Assembly: GCF_030144855.1 (NCBI RefSeq)
Contig: NC_082732.1
Coordinates: 21,762,001-21,826,000 of the forward strand
Source: Hypanus sabinus
Taxonomy: Eukaryota
Direction of reading: 5' to 3'
DNA length: 64,000 bases
The notes beneath the pieces are model-generated. The model ran no database searches. It saw only the letters and a list, made by a program, of their open reading frames with translations, and had not been told where the DNA came from. This document shows positions 57,094 through 64,000 of this stretch, in pieces. The first letter of the stretch is position 1; each line of letters begins with the position of its first letter. Position numbers and translations under genes: made by a program.

Positions 57094-59268
57094 TGTTACG
57101 AAGGATGAACAACTCTGATGGGCAGAAGGGTGCAGAGTTGCCCCCCCCCCCTTTTTGGAGAATCGCAAATCGCTACTATTTCGATGCTGTTATCAAGGAA
57201 GTAAGAGAGGCAAAGGAAAGCTGCCAGGGCAGTTGTTATTGATAACAACTCCTGAAAGTTAATGAGAGAGAGAAACACAGCTAAGGTGGAACGTCTCCTA
57301 CTGATTGATTTACTGCTATTGTCTTGCAGAGAAGGATTGTTTACTTGGTACTGTTCTATTCATTGAAACCCCTCGGGGGCAACCAGAGTGGGCTGGTTTG
57401 ATGGGTTACATCATCCCAACCTGATTGACACCTGAGACCCAGTGAGTGGGGATAAAAGTGAGGTCTGGGGTAACACCCCTCAGACGCTCCAGGAGAAATG
57501 CCAGTGAGCATCAGAACCCCCACGAGACAGGGTGGGAGATCGGAGACCGAACGAAGGGTTGGTAAATTTTAACTCTGTTTTGTAGCAAGACCGGTGGGGG
57601 CTTGTGTGTGTGTCCACCCTTGCCTGGGTGATGAGTCCACCACAAAAGAATGGTCTAGTTAAAGGATGGAGAGGTCATACGTGAAACAACAACGCATCGA
57701 CGGATCAAAATCGTAAAGGAAGGTTAGCAANNNNNNNNNNNNNNNNNNNNNNNNNNNNNNNNNNNNNNNNNNNNNNNNNNNNNNNNNNNNNNNNNNNNNN
57801 NNNNNNNNNNNNNNNNNNNNNNNNNNNNNNNNNNNNNNNNNNNNNNNNNNNNNNNNNNNNNNNNNNNNNNNNNNNNNNNNNNNNNNNNNNNNNNNNNNNN
57901 NNNNNNNNNNNNNNNNNNNNNNNNNNNNNNNNNNNNNNNNNNNNNNNNNNNNNNNNNNNNNNNNNNNNNNNNNNNNNNNNNNNNNNNNNNNNNNNNNNNN
58001 NNNNNNNNNNNNNNNNNNNNNNNNNNNNNNNNNNNNNNNNNNNNNNNNNNNNNNNNNNNNNNNNNNNNNNNNNNNNNNNNNNNNNNNNNNNNNNNNNNNN
58101 NNNNNNNNNNCCCCCCTCTCCCCCCCCTCTCCCCCCCCTCTCCCCCCCTCTCCCCCCCCTCTCCCCCCCCTCTCCCCCCCCTCTCCCCCCCTCCCCCCCC
58201 CCTCTCCCCCCCCTCTCCCCCCCTCTCCCCCCCTCTCCCCCCCTCTCCCCCCCTCTCCCCCCCTCTCCCCCCCCTCTCCCCCCCCTCTCCCCCCCCTCTC
58301 CCCCCCCCTCTCCCCCCCCCTCTCCCCCCCCCTCTCCCCCCCCCTCTCCCCCCCCCTCTCCCCCCCCCTCTCCCCCCCCCTCTCCCCCCCCCTCTCCCCC
58401 CCCCCCTCCCCCCCCNNNNNNNNNNNNNNNNNNNNNNNNNNNNNNNNNNNNNNNNNNNNNNNNNNNNNNNNNNNNNNNNNNNNNNNNNNNNNNNNNNNNN
58501 NNNNNNNNNNNNNNNNNNNNNNNNNNNNNNNNNNNNNNNNNNNNNNNNNNNNNNNNNNNNNNNNNNNNNNNNNNNNNNNNNNNNNNNNNNNNNNNNNNNN
58601 NNNNNNNNNNNNNNNNNNNNNNNNNCCNNNNNNNNNNNNNNNNNNNNNNNNNNNNNNNNNNNNNNNNNNNNNNNNNNNNNNNNNNNNNNNNNNNNNNNNN
58701 NNNNNNNNNNNNNNNNNNNNNNNNNNNNNNNNNNNNNNNNNNNNNNNNNNNNNNNNNNNNNNNNNNNNNNNNNNNNNNNNNNNNNNNNNNNNNNNNNNNN
58801 NNNNNNNNNNNNNNNNNNNNNNNNNNNNNNNNNNNNNNNNNNNNNNNNNNNNNNNNNNNNNNNNNNNNNNNNNNNNNNNNNNNNNNNNNNNNNNNNNNNN
58901 NNNNNNNNNNNNNNNNNNNNNNNNNNNNNNNNNNNNNNNNNNNNNNNNNNNNNNNNNNNNNNNNNNNNNNNNNNNNNNNNNNNNNNNNNNNNNNNNNNNN
59001 NNNNNNNNNNNNNNNNNNNNNNNNNNNAACTTTATATTTCCACCTGACAATTCATTATCCCCTAGACCACGATAGAGCTTGTTTCATTACTGATTATTAT
59101 TATACCCGCACTTTTAGGTTTAGTATTGCTAACGTATATTCTCTGTATATTCACATTGATATTATTTTGTATATTTTTGCTAATAAGTATTGTTGAAAAT
59201 AGTATCACCAGACTCCAACGGACACTTCTATCTTTGCTGGTAAGACACCCAGTTACAGGGTACTTACA
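57094..59268 (+). repeat. 5' LTR (contains assembly gaps and a CT-rich microsatellite)
   Basis: 57094-57730 and 59029-59268 align to the 3' LTR. Confidence 0.9.
58111..58414. repeat. (C6-10 TCT)n polypyrimidine microsatellite between N gaps
   Basis: Directly visible. Confidence 0.85.
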
Positions 59269-59271
59269 AAT

Positions 59272-59293
59272 TGGGGGCTCGTCCGGGATTTGA
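59272..59293 (+). promoter_or_regulatory. Primer-binding site complementary to the tRNA-Pro 3' end
   Basis: TGGGGGCTCGTCCGGGATTTGA starting 3 nt after the 5' LTR; first 18 nt equal the MLV PBS-Pro. Confidence 0.9.
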
Positions 59294-59319
59294 TACCAAA
59301 TTGGAGGGCCAGTGAATCG

Positions 59320-62003
59320 GGCTGTAAATATTGCGAAAGGATTAAATCTCACAGAGGTGAGGTCATCAATGAAAAAGTGGGAGATGTGGAGGGCCACATC
59401 AGTATTATATTGAGAAGGATGTGTTTTCGGCTGAGGTATTGGAACATATCCCTGAAAAGGTACTAGCTATTGGGACGGCTCAGGTAGAGTTGGAAAAATT
59501 GAGGCTGGATGTGGAACAGAAGAAAAGGGAGTATGAGCTCCAGCTAAAGGAGTTAGAAGTGAAAAGGGAGAAAGAAAGAGCTGAGAAGGAGGAAAGAGCT
59601 GAAAAACAGGAAGTATGAGGAGAAGGAGAAACAAAGGCAGCATGAGCTGGAAATGGAGAAGTTAAAGCAAGAGAGAAGAGTCCCGGGGCAGACCGAGAGG
59701 AGAAGTTTAATGTTAGTAGGGAGTTTAGGTTAGTACCTCCATTCGAGGAGACAGATGTTGATAGTTATTTCTTGCATTTTGAAAAGGTGGCGGTGAATCA
59801 GAAGTGGCCCAGAGATCAGTAGGTGGCGTTGTTACTAAGTGTGTTAAAAGGGAAGGCACAATGGGCATATGCGGCGTTGTCTGTGGAGAAGTCTGCAAAT
59901 TATGAGGAAGTAAAACAGGGTATCCTTCGGGCCTACGAGTTGGTACCTGAGGCATATAGACAGAAGTTCAGAGATTTAAAGAAAGTGTGGAATCAGACGT
60001 ATGCAGAGTTTGCCTATGAGAAGGGTGTGCTCTTAGATCGTTGGTGTGCGGCAGAAAGGGTGGAGGAGGATTTCCATCATTTCAGAGAGCTAATTCTGAT
60101 TGAGGAATTTAAAGGTTGTGTTTCGGATGATATCCGGATGTATTTGAACGAGAAGCTGAATAAGTCTATATCAGAATTTGCCAGGTTCGCAGATGAATAT
60201 GCCCTAACCCACAAGACAAAGTTTTCCTCGAATAAGAGTTACCAGAAAGACTGTAGGGACGGTAGAGAAGGCCCGCTGGCTGAGGTAGAAAATAAGCCGG
60301 GAGCTAGTGGTAAAGGGAAGGAGGAAGAAAGGCAGGCTGGCAGGAGGGTTCCTGGCTTGACCTGTTTTAACTGTGGAAAGGTTGGTCATATTGCATCTAA
60401 GTGCTTTGCTCTGAGGAAGGAGACAGGAAAAGGGAACGCAGCAGTCCCTACAGGGTGTATTGTGTCGATCAGCAAATTGACGACAAAGGCCCAGGTAGAT
60501 AAAACACGAGAGGGGCATGAGAAATTTATTTCAGAAGGGACCGTGTCTGTGAAAAAGGGAGAAACCCCAGTTCCAGTGAGGATCAGTAAGGTTCTAGATT
60601 TTGGTCCTAAGACTGGAGAGGTAGTTTTGAGAGGCATAGGAAAAGGGACAGAAGCTGTACCTTTACATGGGATCATTATAAGTTGTGACCTGGTATCTGG
60701 ACCAGTTGAAATAGGGGTGCGGTCAGAATTACCGAGAGACGGCGTGGACGTCCTTCTTGGTAATGATTTAGCAGGGGGTGAGGTGTGTTCAGCAAGGAAG
60801 CTGATGAGCAAGCCTGTAAAGGCTGAGGACCTGCCCCTAGATTCCAAGATCTATCCTGCATGCACGATCACTCGCAGCATGTCGAGAAAGGCAGCTGAAA
60901 AAGAGACCAGTTTAAATCAGTCCAGTGTCGATTTGGCTGAGACGTTTTTACCGACCCTGTACCAAGAGGGGTTAGGGGATGGTAAAACGGAGAATAGGGA
61001 GGTGAAAGAGAGTAAAGGAGAGGAGGTAGACCTACCCTTAGCCAAGAGGGAATTTATAGAGGCACAGAGTAAAGATGAGAAACAGATAAGGCAGTTAGAA
61101 GGTCCAGGGTTGGACATGGATGATCTGTCTGGCTTGACGGAACTGTTTGAAGAAGTTGAAAAATTTAATTGTGTTCCCGATAATGACATGAGGGCAGTCC
61201 TAGATGAAAAGAATGCCGTTACCTTGAAGGAGTCTGCTGGGTTAGCAGATGAAATTGTTTTAACCCGCAGGGTTGAGTTTACTGCGGATGGGAGTTGCCC
61301 AGAGAGTAACTGGGAGGATCAGGGGAACTTAGAATTTGAAAAAGGGATTGGTATGGAAAGCCTGGAAGAGGTAGACGTCCCGTTTGAGTGTGTTCAAGAT
61401 GTGGATGCACATGGTACTGAACCGAGCAATGAAACTCAGAAAAAGTCTGAGGTATCTGATTTAGTTGAAAAGGAATGCAGTCCTTTTGGTTCAGATGGAC
61501 TTGGTTCAGTGAAGAAAGGGTTAACCTTGGTACCAGTGGGAAGTGAGAATTCTCAGTTGTTTGTGTTAGAAGGTGTGTTAAAAGTTAGTGAGGAGATGGG
61601 AGCTGGTGATGTGAATATTATTATTGAAGGAGAAGGGAAAAGTGTAGTGCCTAAATTAAATAAAGAAAATTTAAAGTTTGGATTGGTTTCAGAAGCAGTA
61701 ACCAGGCTGAAGGAACAATGGCTTGTTAACAAGGTGCCTGTGGATCAATTACAGTTTGTTTTGGAATTTAAAGGTAAACCACTTGCAGGTGTTAAACTGA
61801 AAACTAATAAAATGAAGGGTCCTGAAGATAAAACTAATGACTTGCTTAAAAATAAAGAATTGTGTGGAAGTTCAGAAGATGGGCTAAGTTTGGAAAACAT
61901 TGTTGATAAAATAACTCCTATGAAAGGAGTATGGGAAAGCCTATTCCACACTGGTGAGCAAGCTAACCACGTGAGAGTTAAATGGAAAAGAGGCAAAGAT
62001 TGA
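59320..62003 (+). pseudogene. gag(-pro) ORF: coiled coil, capsid/SCAN-like domain, CCHC knuckle, dead protease, acidic extension; 5' part disrupted, 59823-62003 open
   Basis: LVPPFEETDVDSYFLHFEKVA..KWP; YELVPEAYRQKFR...ELILIEEFK...ADEY; CFNCGKVGHIASKC (60363-60404); LLGNDLAG; TAG at 59820 and upstream frameshifts. Confidence 0.85.
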
Positions 62004-62466
62004 CAAAATGCCACTTTAAATAACAGGATCTGGTTTTGAGGGATTTCAACAAAGCATGTAAATAATAAAGACAACACCATGGAAGATTGACTGTTGAGTT
62101 TAAAAGTAAAATAAAAAATTAGTATTTGCATAAACTTTAGTAATGTACTACAGAATAATGACACATGTATTGGTTCACATTTTGTAATATATACTTAAGA
62201 TCACAACCCTTTAGTTTTGTTTTTGCTGAAGAAAAGGAATAAAAATAGTGGTTATTAAATTGGAGTCTGATGCTGCATGAATTTATTAAGGTACAAGATA
62301 TTAAGATATTAAAGGAAGTGACAATGTAATCGCTAACTGTTTAGATGCTAAGTTGAATGTATATCTGTATTGCTCTGTAGTTAAAAAAACTCTTCTGTAT
62401 TTTGTTAGATTCTGTAATTTTGTAAGACTCTGTATTAGTTAATTTTCCCCTTTGGTGAAAATTCTT

Positions 62467-62479
62467 AGAAGGATGGGGG
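62467..62479 (+). promoter_or_regulatory. Polypurine tract
   Basis: AGAAGGATGGGGG immediately before the 3' LTR. Confidence 0.75.
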
Positions 62480-63458
62480 TGTTACGAAGGATGAACAACT
62501 CTGGGCAGAAGGGTGCAGAGTTGCCCATACCCCCCCCCCTTTTTGGAGAATCGCAAATCGCTACTATTTCGATGCTGTTATCAAGGAAGTAAGAGAGACA
62601 AAGGAAAGCTGCCAGGGCAGTTGTTATTGATAACAGCTCCTGAAAGTTAATGAGAGAGAGAGACACAGCTAAGGTGGAACGTCTCCTACTGATTGATTTA
62701 CTGCTATTGTCTTGTGGAGAAAGATTGTTTACTTGGTACTGTTCTATTCATTGAAACCCCTCAGGGGGCAACCAGAGTGGGCTGGTTTGATGGGTTACAT
62801 CATCCCAACCTGATTAACACCTGAGACCCTGTGAGTGGGGATAAAAGTGAGGTCTGGGGTAACACCCCTCAGACGCACCAGGAGAAACGCTAGTGAGCAT
62901 CAGAACCCCCACGAGATAGGGTGGGAGATCGGAGACCGAACGAAGGGTTGGTAAATTTTAACTCAGTGTTTTGTAGCGAGACCGGTGGGGGCTTGTATGT
63001 GTGTCCACCCTTGCCTGGGTGACGAGTCCACCACAGAAGAATGGTCTAGTTAAAGGACGGAGGGGTCATACATGAATGGCCACAACAACAACGCATCGAC
63101 GGATCAAAATTGTAAAGGGAGGTTGGCAAGATAATAGCTGTTACTGTTCACCCGTTTTCTTTCTCTCTCTCCCTCTCCAACAATTGCAACACATCAACAA
63201 CTACCTCAGCCTGCATGAACTGAACTGAACTTTATATTTCCACCTGACAATTCATTATCCCCTAGACAACGATAGAGCTTGTTTCATTAGTGATTATTAT
63301 TATACCTGCACTCTTAGGTTTAGTATTGCTAACGTATATTCACATTGATATTATTTTGTATATTTTTGCTAATAAGTATTGTTGAAAATAGTATCACCAG
63401 ACTCCAACGGACACTTCTATCTTTGCTGGTAAGACTCCCAGTTACGGGGTACGTAACA
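62480..63458 (+). repeat. 3' LTR, 979 bp
   Basis: TGTTACG...CGTAACA; direct repeat of the 5' LTR. Confidence 0.93.
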
Positions 63459-63659
63459 CCTATAACAAATCTCAGCTAAATTGCTTGGAGTTTCATATTC
63501 TTATCTCCCTTTTTACATTTTTACATTTGTAAACAAGATTTACATTTGTTATTTTTCAATCAAATGGAACCTTCTCCAAATACAGTATAGGGGAAGTTGG
63601 AAAATGAAAATCAAGTGCTCAACTGTCTCAGTAGCAATTTCCTGATGTCTATCAGGTCC

Positions 63660-64000
63660 CAGGAGCTTCAAAGTTCAAAGCAAATTTTATTATCTGAGTA
63701 CCTATATATTACCATATACAACACGGAGATGCATTTTCTTGTGGGGCATACTCAAAAAATCTATAGAGTACCTATATCAGAATCAATGAGAGATCATCCA
63801 AGTAGGGCATTCAACCACAGGGCAGAAGAGAACAAACTGTGCAAATGTAAAAAGAAGAAATAATAATACATGTGTTTCATGTAAATGTGCTCAATGGTTG
63901 GGAGGGCTGTACCTGTGATAGACTGAGCCCTATCCACTACTTTTTGAAGGATTTTCCATTCACGGGCATTGGTGTTTCCATACAAGGCTGGAATGAAAGC
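63660..64000 (-). mobile_element. Rex1/Babar-type LINE 3' fragment
   Basis: YGNTNAREWKILQKVVDRAQSITGTALPTIEHIY; same 3' tail as the other copies. Confidence 0.75.

Larger units (their letters stand above)
57094..63458 (+). mobile_element. Gypsy (Gmr1-like) LTR retrotransposon, two LTRs, non-autonomous (no integrase or RT)
   Basis: TGTTACG...CGTAACA termini; 4-bp TSD CCTA at 57090-57093 and 63459-63462; PBS; PPT; SCAN-type Gag with CCHC knuckle. Confidence 0.93.

Noticed and set aside
58626-58627. Isolated 'cc' inside the N run
   Set aside because: Assembly or consensus artefact with no information
57659-59050. 463-aa ORF with GGERGGE repeats
   Set aside because: Artefact of N runs and the CT microsatellite inside the 5' LTR
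59272-59293. tRNA-Pro gene
   Set aside because: Only the 3'-terminal complement including CCA is present; it is a primer-binding site
59823-62003. Domesticated host SCAN/ZSCAN gene
   Set aside because: Still inside two LTRs with TSD, PBS and PPT; no C2H2 fingers; upstream gag is disrupted and the ORF starts at GTG after a stop codon
60386-62164. Minus-strand ORFs of 90-153 aa as antisense or env genes
   Set aside because: Shadows of the purine-rich gag frame; no signal peptide, furin site or transmembrane architecture recognised

Overview
Eukaryotic, vertebrate genomic DNA, AT-rich and dense in repeats. The CR1/Rex1/Penelope/V-SINE-like repeat landscape suggests a cartilaginous fish, probably a ray (inference from memory of these repeat families, not a search). 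Three spliced genes were reconstructed by hand with phase-consistent GT-AG junctions. (1) ZMYND12 exons 1-5 on the minus strand; the gene continues off the left edge. (2) PPCS on the plus strand, 3 exons, 325 aa, head-to-head with ZMYND12 across a CpG-island promoter carrying a 21-bp-phased array of RFX X-box-like sites. (3) UTP3/SAS10 on the minus strand, 16 coding exons, 491 aa, tail-to-tail with PPCS; human UTP3 is intronless. A possible divergent first exon of another plus-strand gene lies at about 54.6 kb. The introns hold many nested mobile elements: two full-length decayed Tc1 transposons, a Tigger4/Zombi-like element, hAT MITEs, two solo LTRs, a Penelope-like element with a minimal hammerhead ribozyme and related mini-elements, and an L1 whose ORF2 is almost entirely excised. 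The right end holds a two-LTR Gmr1-like Gypsy element (SCAN-type Gag, tRNA-Pro PBS, CCTA TSD). It has lost integrase, RT and the protease active site but keeps a 726-codon ORF with an internal Gag/protease duplication. No rRNA, tRNA genes or CRISPR arrays were seen. Repeat-fragment boundaries are approximate unless a TSD is given.
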